Shown: positions 17,653-28,366, counted from the first letter of the stretch. The stretch is 64,000 nt of DNA from Bacteroidales bacterium (GCA_016936975.1 JAFGWU010000025.1:361-64360); one strand, 5' to 3'. Made by a program: numbers and translations. The notes: generated from the sequence alone by a model not told the origin.

Positions 17653-20061
17653 ATGAGTATGAGGCTATATTTTTTGGTATTGATGCTGGCCTGCAGGAGC
17701 GTTACCGGACAGCTTCTTCCGGAGCCGGTTCTTCCCGAACAGCTATTAACAGGAAAATGGGATGCCGATTGGGTTAAAATGCCCGGAATCAACGAAGATG
17801 TGTATGGTGTGTTCCTTTACCGCAACCGTTTTCATCTGCCGGAACGGCCCGACAGTTTCATCATCCACCTGTCAGCGGACAGCAGGTACCGGCTTTTTAT
17901 TAATGGCCGTATGGCCGGTTTTGGTCCCGCAAAAAGCGATCCCAATCACTGGATCTTCGATACCTATAATATCGCCGGATTTCTGGATGGGGGGATCAAT
18001 GTAATAGCCGTGATGGTATGGAATTACGGCGCATACCGGCCGGCCTCGCTGGTCAGCAGGGATACGCGTTTCCTGTGCCAGGGAAACGGCCCGGATGAAG
18101 CCTTCCTTAATACACCGGGAGCATGGAAGGTTATACAGGATGAATCGATCGGACCGGTACCCATCGACCACGGCCTCTTAAAAACCTACATCGTTGTTCC
18201 TCCGGGAGATTACTTCACTGCATCCCTCCATCCATGGGGTTGGACAGAACGGGATTTCGATCACTCAGGATGGGAAAATCCCGAATCGCTGGCTGACGCC
18301 TGCCCGAGGGGTACGGGCGATATCATTGACCATGCCCTGATCCCCCGCCAGATTCCTGCAATGAAGATGGCGCATCTCATCGGTCCAGAAATACGGCGGA
18401 TCGACAGGGATCTGCCGGAGGAATCCGGAATGGTCCTGAATAATATGGTTATTCCTCCCGGCACCAGGAAGAAAATATTGCTCGATCATAAACTCCTCAT
18501 CAATGCATTCCCGGCATTAACCTGGTCCGGAGGAAACGGGGCAACCATTACGGTTACCTACAGCGAATCGCTCTTTGATGCAACCGGACAAAAAGGGAAC
18601 AGGAATACCATCGTGGGAAAAACGATGACCGGCTACAGTGATATTATCAAACCGGACGGAGGAACCAACAGGCAGTATACCCCACTCTGGTTCAGAACTT
18701 TCAGGTATGCTGAACTGGAGATTGAAACTGAAGGGGATTCATTGGTTCTGAACCGCTTTGATCTGATCAGAACCGGTTATCCCTTCATGGAATCGGCATC
18801 TTTCCAATCGAGCCATCCCCGGCTTCACGAAATCTGGCAGACCGGATGGAGAACGGCCGAACTTTGTGCCGGGGAAACCTATTACGATTGTCCTTATTAC
18901 GAGCAGCTGCAATACGTGGGAGATACCCGGATCCAGTCTCTGATATCCCTGTATGTTTCGGGAGATGACCGGTTGATGCGTAAGGCCATTATCGATTTCT
19001 ACCACTCCATTCTCCCCGAGGGCCTTACACAGAGCCGTTACCCGTCGGAACCGCAGCAGATCATCCCGACCTATTCCCTCCTCTGGATATTCATGTTAAA
19101 CGATTATCTGTGGCACCGGCCCGACTACGAATTTGTCTTCGGATTCCTGATCCCGGTTCAGAATATCATTTCGTGGTTTGAAAAACGGATCGATGAGGAT
19201 ACCGGAATGGTTGGTCCGGTGGAATTCTGGCCTTTCATTGACTGGACCCCTGAATGGGAGTCCACCATGGGAGCTCCTCCGGAGGCTTTTACCGGCAATT
19301 CGTCCATCGTAACACTGCTTTTTGCCATGGCTGTCGGACATGCCGCAGAAATCTTCACTTTTTTCGGATATGAAGATATCGGAACCTCCTACGACAGGCT
19401 GGCTGAAAAATTGACATCCGCAACCGCTGACCGGTGCTGGAACACTACCAGAGAATTGATGGCAGACTCTCCTTCTCATACAAATTTCAGCCAGCATGCC
19501 AATGCCCTGGCTGTGCTTACCGGTGCCATTCCGGAGGATATGCAGGCTCTGCTGATCGAACGTGTGCTGAGATCGAAAGAGATAGTACAGGCCGGATTCT
19601 ATTTTAAATTCTACCTTAACCGCGCTCTGATCAAAGCCGGATTGGGCAATAAATATCTTGAACAGCTTCACCCCTGGTTTAGCATGATCGACTCAGGACT
19701 TACAACCTTTGCAGAGAAGCCGGATCCATCCCGTTCGGATTGTCATGCATGGTCGGCTTCTCCGCTTATTGAACTTATTTCGACCGTAGCCGGAATCCGG
19801 CCGGGCAATTACGGATTTGAATCGGTCATTATAGAACCAAAGCCTGGAAACCTCAGGTGGATCAAGGCAACAATGCCCCACTACAGGGGAGTTATTCAAA
19901 CAGACCTGGAATTTTCAAAAAAGAGAGAAGCATCCGGCACCATTACCCTTCCTCCCGGCCTGACGGGAATATTCATATGGAACGGCAGTGTCAAAGATCT
20001 CGTACCCGGGAAACAGAAGATACATCTTAAAAGCCTGGAGGCGGAATTTAAGATCAAATAG
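17653..20061 (+). CDS. Alpha-L-rhamnosidase (GH78 family)
   Basis: SADSRY, DCPYYEQLQYVGD, GLTTFAE and RSDCHAWSASP motifs; signal peptide. Confidence 0.88.
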   Translation: MSMRLYFLVLMLACRSVTGQLLPEPVLPEQLLTGKWDADWVKMPGINEDVYGVFLYRNRFHLPERPDSFIIHLSADSRYRLFINGRMAGFGPAKSDPNHWIFDTYNIAGFLDGGINVIAVMVWNYGAYRPASLVSRDTRFLCQGNGPDEAFLNTPGAWKVIQDESIGPVPIDHGLLKTYIVVPPGDYFTASLHPWGWTERDFDHSGWENPESLADACPRGTGDIIDHALIPRQIPAMKMAHLIGPEIRRIDRDLPEESGMVLNNMVIPPGTRKKILLDHKLLINAFPALTWSGGNGATITVTYSESLFDATGQKGNRNTIVGKTMTGYSDIIKPDGGTNRQYTPLWFRTFRYAELEIETEGDSLVLNRFDLIRTGYPFMESASFQSSHPRLHEIWQTGWRTAELCAGETYYDCPYYEQLQYVGDTRIQSLISLYVSGDDRLMRKAIIDFYHSILPEGLTQSRYPSEPQQIIPTYSLLWIFMLNDYLWHRPDYEFVFGFLIPVQNIISWFEKRIDEDTGMVGPVEFWPFIDWTPEWESTMGAPPEAFTGNSSIVTLLFAMAVGHAAEIFTFFGYEDIGTSYDRLAEKLTSATADRCWNTTRELMADSPSHTNFSQHANALAVLTGAIPEDMQALLIERVLRSKEIVQAGFYFKFYLNRALIKAGLGNKYLEQLHPWFSMIDSGLTTFAEKPDPSRSDCHAWSASPLIELISTVAGIRPGNYGFESVIIEPKPGNLRWIKATMPHYRGVIQTDLEFSKKREASGTITLPPGLTGIFIWNGSVKDLVPGKQKIHLKSLEAEFKIK

Positions 20062-20147
20062 ACTTCCCGCTCCATTCAGATTCTGATTTTTTTATTATTT
20101 TCAGCATTCAAAATGAAATTCGTTTTCAGAAGAAAAACCATCTCTTT

Positions 20148-20642
20148 ATGAACAGACCGACTTTTAAAAACACCCAGTTAACCGTGCTGGTCATCCTCAG
20201 GGTGGCTATTGGGTGGCATTTCCTGTATGAAGGATTTGTCAAACTGCTCAATCCCAACTGGACCGCTATCGGATATCTGGTGGATTCCCGGGGGCTCTTT
20301 TCAGGTTTGTTTCAGAATATGGCCACCCATCCCGGCCTGCTGGATGTTATCGATTTTTTGAATATTTGGGGATTGATACTGATTGGCATGGGATTGATGC
20401 TGGGTATATTTTCAAAAGCCGCAACTTATGCCGGCATGGTTTTGCTCCTGTTTTACTATTGCTCCCATCCCCCATTACTGGGGGTGGAATATGCCATGCC
20501 AAGTGAAGGAAATTACCTGATTGTCAATAAAAACCTCATTCTTTTCCTTTCACTCTGGATCCTGGCCCTCTTTCCCACCAGTCATATCATTGGCCTGGAC
20601 CGATTGATTTTCAACAGGAATGAGAAAACAATGCAGGAGTAA
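20148..20642 (+). CDS. DoxX family membrane protein
   Basis: LRVAIGWHFLYEG and VNKNLI; 4 TM. Confidence 0.85.
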   Translation: MNRPTFKNTQLTVLVILRVAIGWHFLYEGFVKLLNPNWTAIGYLVDSRGLFSGLFQNMATHPGLLDVIDFLNIWGLILIGMGLMLGIFSKAATYAGMVLLLFYYCSHPPLLGVEYAMPSEGNYLIVNKNLILFLSLWILALFPTSHIIGLDRLIFNRNEKTMQE

Positions 20643-20669
20643 TCGTCCCTGATTTACTATAGTGCGGAA

Positions 20670-22265
20670 ATGGATAAAAATGAACGTAATATGAATATAA
20701 AAGGCAAGAGATATACCAGACGGGATATTATCAAAGGACTCGCCACAGTGCCTGTTGCCGGGGCACTTGCCTATGGCCTGTGGAGAAAGTCGCGATACGA
20801 TCGCTACCGGTCAGGCCGTTTGAGCAAAGAACTTAATATGAGCGAACCCGTATCATTCGAACCGCCGAAAACCCGTGGTGGTGATCCGCTGCGTATTGGA
20901 TTGATCGGGTATGGAATCCGCGGCGAACAACTGCTGAGGGCTGCAGGATTTGCCCATCCGGAACTCCTCCAGTCCTGGAAAGAGTATGCTGCAATGGACA
21001 GTCAGGATAAGCGCTACAGCGATTTCCTGGAGCAGGATGACCTGAATATTGTGGTAAAAGGGGTATGCGAACTGTTTGATGTGCGCCTTGAGCGGGCATC
21101 TGTGGCGTCTTCTAATGTCGGGCGCGAAGGATTGAATGGAAAAATGGGAGAGCCGGCAAAGAGATACGGGGATTACCGTGACCTGCTTGCGGCAGATGAT
21201 ATTGACGCAGTAATTATTGCCTCACCCGACCACTGGCATGCCAGGATGGTCATAGACGCTGCCAGGGCAGGGAAACATGTTTACGTGGAGAAGGGACTAT
21301 CCCGAACCCTCGAAGAGGTCTATGCCATCAGAAAGGCTGTCAAGGAGAGTGGGATCGTTTTTCAGCTGGGCCACCAGGGAAGGCAAACCGAAAGCTATGT
21401 AAAGGCACGGGAAGCGATTGATAAAAAAATTCTCGGCAAGATCAGCCTGGTAGAGGTCTGTACAAACCGGAACTCCCCGAACGGAGCATGGGTATATGAT
21501 ATCGATCCACGGGGTAACGAGCAAACCATCGATTGGAGGCGGTTTGAGGAACCCTGCGAAATAAAGCACCCCTTCAGCCCCGAACGCTTCTTCAGGTGGA
21601 GATGCTGGTGGGATTACGGGACCGGACTCTCAGGAGACCTTCTAACCCATGAATACGATGCCATTAACCAGATCCTGGGCATGGGAATACCGGAATCGGC
21701 GGTCTCCTCCGGAGGTGTATACTTCTATAAGGAGAAGGAACATTATGTGAAGGAAGTCAGGGAGGTTCCGGATGTCTGGAATGCCGTGCTTGAATATCCC
21801 GACAGGGACCTTACCCTTTTATACAGTGCGACCCTGTCGAACAATCGCGATCGGGATAAGGTGATTATGGGACACGATGCCTCAATGGAGGTGGGCAGTA
21901 ACCTGTCCATTTATGCCTGCCCGGAAAGCACGCGGTATAAACAGCAGATTGAAAGCGGTCTGATCAGGCCTGAGGTCCCCATATACTCCTATATTCCCGG
22001 ACGAAAGGATGTCGATGCCGTGGCTACCGCAACGGAACAATACTTTGCCGGCCGTGGTCTTCTTTATACTTACAGAAACGGGAGACGTTTCGATACTACC
22101 CACCTTCACATCGCAGAATGGATCGATGCCATCAGGGAAGGCAAACAAACGAGCTGTAATATCGACCAGGCTTTTGAAGAGGGCATAACCGCTGCCATGG
22201 CCACAATAGCATATAAGGAAAACAGGAAAGTATACTGGGACAGGGATAAAGAGGAGGTGGTTTAA
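20670..22265 (+). CDS. Gfo/Idh/MocA family NAD-dependent oxidoreductase with Tat-like N-terminus
   Basis: TRRDIIK, IGYGIRG, ASPDHWH, HVYVEK and WRCWWDYGTGLSGDL. Confidence 0.88.
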   Translation: MDKNERNMNIKGKRYTRRDIIKGLATVPVAGALAYGLWRKSRYDRYRSGRLSKELNMSEPVSFEPPKTRGGDPLRIGLIGYGIRGEQLLRAAGFAHPELLQSWKEYAAMDSQDKRYSDFLEQDDLNIVVKGVCELFDVRLERASVASSNVGREGLNGKMGEPAKRYGDYRDLLAADDIDAVIIASPDHWHARMVIDAARAGKHVYVEKGLSRTLEEVYAIRKAVKESGIVFQLGHQGRQTESYVKAREAIDKKILGKISLVEVCTNRNSPNGAWVYDIDPRGNEQTIDWRRFEEPCEIKHPFSPERFFRWRCWWDYGTGLSGDLLTHEYDAINQILGMGIPESAVSSGGVYFYKEKEHYVKEVREVPDVWNAVLEYPDRDLTLLYSATLSNNRDRDKVIMGHDASMEVGSNLSIYACPESTRYKQQIESGLIRPEVPIYSYIPGRKDVDAVATATEQYFAGRGLLYTYRNGRRFDTTHLHIAEWIDAIREGKQTSCNIDQAFEEGITAAMATIAYKENRKVYWDRDKEEVV

Positions 22266-22345
22266 TAGACTTCTGCATTATCCTGAGCCGGACCTGCAAA
22301 TTTCATTCAGTAGTTTACGACTGCAATAAAATTGGGGCCGGGTGA

Positions 22346-23155
22346 TTACTGCTCTTTATAAGCCTCATGGAGTCTGTATATTTCAGATAATATTTCGAAC
22401 TCACTGCAATTGAAATCACACGTAAGGCTGGAATTCAGATAAGCCATAAAATCATCAAGAGCCTTCCCGGTCAGCCCTGTCATTTCAGATACCTTCTGAG
22501 AATTTACCAGTGCCCAAAAACGTTCAATTCTTTCGCTGTTTTTATTCAATTTGTAAACCTTTCTTGCCGATTTCTCCTTTTTGCTCAATTTGTAATAGAG
22601 GTACGATAACGGGCTATGAATCAAAAAACCGGCACTCTTCAGTTTCTCTTCATCCATGTCGAAGGGAACATAATCCGGATCCTGCCGGGGAAGACCCAGT
22701 TTTTCACCAATCGGTTCGGGAACCTTCAGTTTGACGAATGCCTCTTTAAAATCTTCATAAGTGGAACCCCATGAAAAAATTTTTGCTTCAGGTAACGGGT
22801 ATATCCTGTTTCTGAGTTGTATAGCCAGGGATTCCGGTTTTCTCGAAACCGCCACAATCGTGTCTCTGAATGCAATATTTCTGAACCAGAGGGAATCTCC
22901 CTCCATAAGAGGGATGCTGAAAATCCCAAGCGTATCGGTAACATCCGCGTGATGGGATCTCAATCCTATCACATGCGTATAAGGCAGGGGATGATATAAT
23001 TCGTCGTAAACGATGCCCGATAGAAAAACCGCTGTATCGTTTCCAGATATCTGCGCGGCGGCATCAGTCAGAAAAAATAGGATGAATGTCAGGGAAATCA
23101 GCCTCACAGGTTTAAAATTAGTAAAATTGAAGTTACGGCTCCCGCTTCTTAACAA
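22346..23155 (-). CDS. Carboxypeptidase-like regulatory domain protein
   Basis: LSGIVYD...PLPYTHV...TDTLGIF...GDSLWF; SPLSYLY; start codon uncertain. Confidence 0.7.
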   Translation of the reverse strand: MLRSGSRNFNFTNFKPVRLISLTFILFFLTDAAAQISGNDTAVFLSGIVYDELYHPLPYTHVIGLRSHHADVTDTLGIFSIPLMEGDSLWFRNIAFRDTIVAVSRKPESLAIQLRNRIYPLPEAKIFSWGSTYEDFKEAFVKLKVPEPIGEKLGLPRQDPDYVPFDMDEEKLKSAGFLIHSPLSYLYYKLSKKEKSARKVYKLNKNSERIERFWALVNSQKVSEMTGLTGKALDDFMAYLNSSLTCDFNCSEFEILSEIYRLHEAYKEQ

Positions 23156-23263
23156 TTCTTAACCTGAGGCCGGATACAGCAGGAGGAAAACAGGATTGAA
23201 CCAAACCACCGGTGGAAATGTTTTAAAGAGTAGCTTTATGGTATCAAAAATCATCACCCGATT

Positions 23264-24229
23264 ATGGAAATTGTTTTTTTGGATGTTGGTACAACAGGCA
23301 GGGTAAACAACCTGAAACTGATCGAGAAACTTGGGAATCTGGACCTTTACGATGCCACGGAACCACAGCTGGTTGTGGAGCGATGCACCGGCAAGGAAGT
23401 GATAATAACCAACAAAGTAAATATTACCCGGGAGGTTATCGATCGCCTGCCCGATCTCAGGTTAATTTGCGTGGCAGCTACCGGTGTGGATAATGTGGAT
23501 ACGGCCTACGCAAAAAAGAAAGGAATTGAGGTTAAAAATGTTTCGGGTTATTCCACCGATTCGGTGGCACAGGTAACCTTTGCCATGCTCCTGCACCTAG
23601 TTAACAGGCTCAGTTATTACGACGATTACGTAAAATCGGGTGCCTACTCCCGAAATCCTTCCTTCACCCACCATGGAAAACCCTTCTGGGAACTGAGGGG
23701 AAAACGGATCGGAATCATCGGCCTGGGCACCATCGGGAGACAGGTTGCCCGAATTGCAGAATCCTTTGGGATGGAAGTGGTTTTCTATTCGGCTTCAGGA
23801 AGGAACAACCATATCAGTTACAAGCGGTTTGAGCTGAATGACCTGCTCATAAGTTCGGATGTGGTTTCCATTCATGCGCCCCTGACCGACAGGACAAGGA
23901 ATTTGATCACCTATGAAAAAATGAAATTGATGCGGCCCTGTGCCGTTCTTCTCAACCTGGGAAGAGGCGGAATCATTAATGAGAGTGATCTGGCCCGTGC
24001 GTTGAATGAAAACCTGATTGGTGCTGCCGGAATTGATGTCATGGAACATGAACCCATTGAAACCGGAAATCCGCTTCTTAAAATATACAACAGGGACAAA
24101 CTTCTGATTACCCCGCACATGGCATGGGCTTCCAGGGAATCCCGTGAACTGCTTCTTGAAAAAATTGCCGGCAACATTGAAATGTACCGGGAAAACAAAC
24201 GATCTGCAGGACGCGCGTCCGGGAATTAA
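23264..24229 (+). CDS. D-2-hydroxyacid dehydrogenase (glycerate dehydrogenase-like)
   Basis: ATGVDNVD, GIIGLGTIG, HAPL, NLGRG and TPHMAW. Confidence 0.9.
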   Translation: MEIVFLDVGTTGRVNNLKLIEKLGNLDLYDATEPQLVVERCTGKEVIITNKVNITREVIDRLPDLRLICVAATGVDNVDTAYAKKKGIEVKNVSGYSTDSVAQVTFAMLLHLVNRLSYYDDYVKSGAYSRNPSFTHHGKPFWELRGKRIGIIGLGTIGRQVARIAESFGMEVVFYSASGRNNHISYKRFELNDLLISSDVVSIHAPLTDRTRNLITYEKMKLMRPCAVLLNLGRGGIINESDLARALNENLIGAAGIDVMEHEPIETGNPLLKIYNRDKLLITPHMAWASRESRELLLEKIAGNIEMYRENKRSAGRASGN

Positions 24230-25137
24230 CCCTTTAATTGCTGTCCGGCCCTGATGAGCAGGTTTTTGGTGGCCATGATCCCTTCGGGTTCGCTCAGCCT
24301 GTTCCCCTCATACTCAATTCCGATATACCCGGAGTATCCACTCTCCTTTACTATTTTAAGCATTCTGAAATAATCAATCTGTGTCTCCTCTCCGTCATCG
24401 TTGAAATCGTGAGATTTAGCACTTACACCCTTTGCAAAGGGCATCAGTTCCATCATGCCAAGGTATCTGTCGTATTCAACTCCTGCGCTGACACTGAAAT
24501 TTCCAAAATCGGGCAGGGTGCCGCAATTTTTCATGCCGACACCGGAAATGACTCCTGATAACCATTTACCGTCGGAGGAATATCCCCCATGATTTTCAAC
24601 AAGTACATTCATCTGAAGCTTTTCGGCAAATGCACTTAATTGACCCAGACTCCTGACAGCAGCATCAGCCACCTCCTCCCGGCTGCCATTCCCCCCGGCA
24701 TTGACCCTTATGGAGTGGCATCCAAGGATCTTTGCACACTCGATCCACTCCAGGTGGCGTTCAACCGTTCTGCTTCGTTTAGGTTCGTAAAGCTCTCCCA
24801 GGTCACCTTCCTGGTCAATCATTATGAGAAGGTTCTTGACGCCCGCGTCCTGCGACCGTTTTAAAAGCTCATTGGCATATTTTGACCCGGATGAAGGAAA
24901 AAACTGGTTGACATACTCAACCGCATGAATGCCGAACTGATTGGCAGCAACGGAGGGAAACTCCAGGTTGGTCAAACGGCCCCCAAAAATGGCCTTGTTC
25001 AGGGACCATTCTGCAAGGGATATTTTAAAAAACAAATCTTCTTCTTTCACCATCTTAAATGAATATAAAGGTATAACAGCAACCGAAGCCAAACCTGCAG
25101 TTGCTGTTCTGATAAACTGTCTGCGGGAGTTATCCAT
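24226..25137 (-). CDS. Sugar phosphate isomerase/epimerase (xylose-isomerase-like TIM barrel), Tat-exported
   Basis: SRRQFI Tat motif; ISLAEWS, VENHGG, LPDFGNF and GIEYEG. Confidence 0.88.
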   Translation of the reverse strand: MDNSRRQFIRTATAGLASVAVIPLYSFKMVKEEDLFFKISLAEWSLNKAIFGGRLTNLEFPSVAANQFGIHAVEYVNQFFPSSGSKYANELLKRSQDAGVKNLLIMIDQEGDLGELYEPKRSRTVERHLEWIECAKILGCHSIRVNAGGNGSREEVADAAVRSLGQLSAFAEKLQMNVLVENHGGYSSDGKWLSGVISGVGMKNCGTLPDFGNFSVSAGVEYDRYLGMMELMPFAKGVSAKSHDFNDDGEETQIDYFRMLKIVKESGYSGYIGIEYEGNRLSEPEGIMATKNLLIRAGQQLKG

Positions 25138-25142
25138 CCTGA

Positions 25143-25895
25143 TTATAATTCTTTAATCTTAATATTTCTGTACCACACATCATCCCCGTGGTCCTGCAAT
25201 CCGAAATATCCCTCTTTTGCCACATTGGCCCAGTCAGGATTCAGTCCGGGGAATTTTGAATTCGCCACCAAATCATTCCATTCCTTGGTCCATAAATGGT
25301 ATTCCAGTACATTCTCCCCATTCATTTTGTGTACTACAGTTCCCTTAAAACAGATAATTTCCACCTGGTTCCATTCACCAAAAGGTTTTGCATTCTGGGG
25401 AACGGCCGGGATGAGGTCGTAAAGCGAACCTGACTGTCTGTTGCCTGCAATTCCGAGAACGGCATCGGGGTGATTCTCATTATCGAGTACCTGCATCTCA
25501 GGAGCCGTGTAATAAATCTTATCAAATTGCGGATTTTCCTGGCCGAGGTAGAAAATTCCGGAATTACCTCCTTCAGATATCTTCCATTCCAGCTTCAGAT
25601 GAAAGTTTGAGAACTTTTTATCGTAGAGGATATCGCCACCCTCCTCCGCGCCGGCTTCTCCCATTCCGGATCCTTTGCAGTGAAGGGATCCATCTTCATC
25701 AATAACCCAGTTTGCAGGAAAATCATTCCGGAGATATCCCCGCCATCCATCGGTGGTTTTACCATCGAAAAGCAATACAAAACCCTCCTTCTTTTCCTGG
25801 CTGGTCAGGGTATTCGGTTCATCTCCGCCAGAACATGATTCAAACATTATCATTCCAATCATTAAAAGTGCAACAATGTGACTGATCCGTTTCAT
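25143..25895 (-). CDS. DUF1080 (3-keto-disaccharide hydrolase-like) lipoprotein
   Basis: LFDGKTTDGW, GGNSGIF, PEMQVLD, GSLYD and LQDHG...YRNIKI. Confidence 0.9.
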   Translation of the reverse strand: MKRISHIVALLMIGMIMFESCSGGDEPNTLTSQEKKEGFVLLFDGKTTDGWRGYLRNDFPANWVIDEDGSLHCKGSGMGEAGAEEGGDILYDKKFSNFHLKLEWKISEGGNSGIFYLGQENPQFDKIYYTAPEMQVLDNENHPDAVLGIAGNRQSGSLYDLIPAVPQNAKPFGEWNQVEIICFKGTVVHKMNGENVLEYHLWTKEWNDLVANSKFPGLNPDWANVAKEGYFGLQDHGDDVWYRNIKIKEL

Positions 25896-26065
25896 TTTTT
25901 AGAAATTTAATTAAAACACCGTTAATAAATAATTCTGCAAATTATAAAAAAATCATTTTAAAGAATGGGCTGATATAAAGTATTTATTGGCAGAAAAGGT
26001 TTAATTTGAGTTCTTCCGATTTATTTATTAACTTATAGGCTGCAAGATCAAACTTACGTGAATTA

Positions 26066-26572
26066 ATGAACTGTTATACCCAGAACGATTTTACAGGGCA
26101 TCTCCTCTTTATGCAGGATCAGCTGTTCTATTATGCCCTTCAGTTAACGGAAAACCAGCATGATGCCAGGGACCTGGTACAGGAAACAAGCTATAAGGCA
26201 CTAAGACACCGTAACAAATTGCTCAATGAGGAAAACATCAGAGCCTGGCTCTATACCATTCTCAGAAATTCTTACATCAATTTGCTGCGAAGCAGTCATA
26301 ACCGCAAAACGATCATCGAAGGGAACCTTCCCGATCCAGTGATTATCAATACCCTTGCAGGAAAAGAGTATTCTCCGGATGAACTGCTCATGAGAAAAGA
26401 GCTCCATGAAATAATCGGCCTGCTTCCCGAAACATACGGAGAACCGCTTAAGATGTTTCTTTCAGGTTATTCCTATAAGGAGATTTCTGAAAAAATAAAT
26501 ATTCCCATAGGAACGGTGAAAAGCAGGATCCATCTTGGTAAAAAGAAGATCAGAAAGGTTTATCTTGCCTGA
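26066..26572 (+). CDS. ECF-type RNA polymerase sigma factor
   Basis: DARDLVQET, AWLYTILRN and GYSYKEIS...IGTVKSRIH. Confidence 0.9.
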   Translation: MNCYTQNDFTGHLLFMQDQLFYYALQLTENQHDARDLVQETSYKALRHRNKLLNEENIRAWLYTILRNSYINLLRSSHNRKTIIEGNLPDPVIINTLAGKEYSPDELLMRKELHEIIGLLPETYGEPLKMFLSGYSYKEISEKINIPIGTVKSRIHLGKKKIRKVYLA

Positions 26573-26579
26573 TGGTAAT

Positions 26580-27170
26580 CTAAACAAGGTCGCAAGCATC
26601 GGCCGGCATCCAGTGTTTATCTTTTCCCTCCCACTTCACGTTGCACCCAATCGGATTGGTCACGGGAACCGATACCGGTTGGCCGGAAGTTAACTCTTCC
26701 AGTGCACGGTCCAGGTCGTTGACTGTAATTTTGGAAGCATCCCTGGGATTATCCACTCCGCGACCGGTATATACCAGTTTTCGATCCTTATCAAACACGT
26801 AAAAATGAGGTGTTCTAAGGGCCCCATAAGCCAGGGCTACCTCCTGAGACTCATCCCTCAGATACACCCAGGGGAACCGATGCTCTTCCATCCTTTTCAC
26901 CATGTAATCAAATCCGTCGATTTCATAAGTGTGCTCACTGTTGGAATTAATTCCCACAAATCGGACACCCCTGTCCGCAAATCTGAGTGCGGATGCCCTG
27001 GTTACCTCATCTGAACCCAGCACATAGGGGCAGTGATTACAGGTGAAAAAGATGACGAGAAAATCAGCTTCAGAAAAATCACTTAAACCATAGTGCCGGC
27101 CATCTGTTGCAGGGAGATAAAAATCGGGGGCTGTTGAGCCTGTTTTCAGTGTAAATGCCATATTCATCAA
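26580..27170 (-). CDS. Thioredoxin/AhpC-TSA family protein, cytoplasmic
   Basis: [14 protein letters not shown] and PIGCNVKW. Confidence 0.88.
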   Translation of the reverse strand: MMNMAFTLKTGSTAPDFYLPATDGRHYGLSDFSEADFLVIFFTCNHCPYVLGSDEVTRASALRFADRGVRFVGINSNSEHTYEIDGFDYMVKRMEEHRFPWVYLRDESQEVALAYGALRTPHFYVFDKDRKLVYTGRGVDNPRDASKITVNDLDRALEELTSGQPVSVPVTNPIGCNVKWEGKDKHWMPADACDLV

Positions 27171-27266
27171 GTGTTTATCTGTTCAATCATTATTTACCCA
27201 CGGTGAAAAAGAAAAATACCTCATGGGATTGTTAAACAAATTGTATGTATAAAATGTTTAAAAGCT

Positions 27267-27746
27267 ATGACAAAAGCTTTTTTAACCATCCTTTCTGTCC
27301 TGATGCTTCAGGTTATGCTTTCGGGACAGACTGTAGCCCTTACAGATAAGGACGGGTTGGTTGATATCCTTCTCGCGGAAAGCGACACAACTTATGTGGT
27401 AAATTTCTGGGCCACCTGGTGCGCCCCATGTATTCAGGAAATCGGTTATTTCCAGGAGCTTCATAATCACTATGTCAATCAGAAGGTGAAAGTGATACTT
27501 GTCAGTCTCGATTTTCCCAGCCAGCTGAAGCAAAGATTGACACCCTTTCTTGATGAAAATAATATCACAGCCGATGTGCGGCTCATGACCGATCTGGATT
27601 ACAACAGCTGGATCAACCTTGTGGACCCCGGATGGTCAGGAGCCATTCCTGCCACCCTGGTGTTCAATAACCGCAAAAGAACCTTTGTTGAAAAAGCCCT
27701 CTCAAAAAATGAACTTTTCGATATTGTCAAACAAAACCATTACTAA
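27267..27746 (+). CDS. TlpA-like thiol-disulfide oxidoreductase
   Basis: NFWATWCAPC and WSGAIPAT; signal peptide. Confidence 0.88.
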   Translation: MTKAFLTILSVLMLQVMLSGQTVALTDKDGLVDILLAESDTTYVVNFWATWCAPCIQEIGYFQELHNHYVNQKVKVILVSLDFPSQLKQRLTPFLDENNITADVRLMTDLDYNSWINLVDPGWSGAIPATLVFNNRKRTFVEKALSKNELFDIVKQNHY

Positions 27747-27747
27747 C

Positions 27748-28347
27748 ATGAAAACAATTCTTTTAACCTTCGCCGGATTTCTGATGTTCACTGTTTTTGC
27801 AGATGCACAGCTTAAGCCGGGAGACAGAGCGGTTGAATTTAACCTAAAGAATATAGATGGTAAAATGGTGTCTCTTTCTGATTACAGCGATCAGAAAGGT
27901 GTTATCGTTGTATTTACCTGTAATCCCTGTCCTTTTGCCAAAGCCTATGAAAACAGGATCATTCAGCTTCACAATAACTTCCTTGAAAAGGGATATCCTG
28001 TTGTGGCCATTAATCCGAATGATGAGGAAATCTCTCCTGAAGATACATTTGAAAAGATGAAAGAACGTGCCGGGGAGAAAAATTTTCCGTTTCCGTACCT
28101 GAAGGATGAGACCCAGGCGGTCTATAAAGCCTACGGGGCTACGAGAACACCCCACATCTATCTTCTGCAGAACGACAGGGGAACCTTCAGGGTGGTCTAT
28201 ATCGGGGCAATCGATGACAATGCCATGGATAGTGCAGCAGTGATCCAACGCTACGTTGAAGATGCGATTGCCTCACTTGAAGCCGGCGCGAAACCGGATC
28301 CCGAGTTCACCAAAGCAATAGGGTGTACCATTAAAACCAAAGATTAA
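27748..28347 (+). CDS. Thioredoxin/AhpC-TSA family protein, exported
   Basis: ATG at 27748 gives signal peptide MKTILLTF; FTCNPCPF, TRTPH and AIGCTIK. Confidence 0.88.
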   Translation: MKTILLTFAGFLMFTVFADAQLKPGDRAVEFNLKNIDGKMVSLSDYSDQKGVIVVFTCNPCPFAKAYENRIIQLHNNFLEKGYPVVAINPNDEEISPEDTFEKMKERAGEKNFPFPYLKDETQAVYKAYGATRTPHIYLLQNDRGTFRVVYIGAIDDNAMDSAAVIQRYVEDAIASLEAGAKPDPEFTKAIGCTIKTKD

Positions 28348-28366
28348 TAGTGTCTTTCAGCCGGAG

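Noticed and set aside
27619-27747. Long N-terminal extension of the thioredoxin ORF
   Set aside because: It overlaps the upstream TlpA gene; ATG 27748 gives a clean signal peptide
26580-28347. Selenoprotein (UGA) variants among the thioredoxin-fold genes
   Set aside because: All CxxC motifs are encoded as Cys in uninterrupted frames
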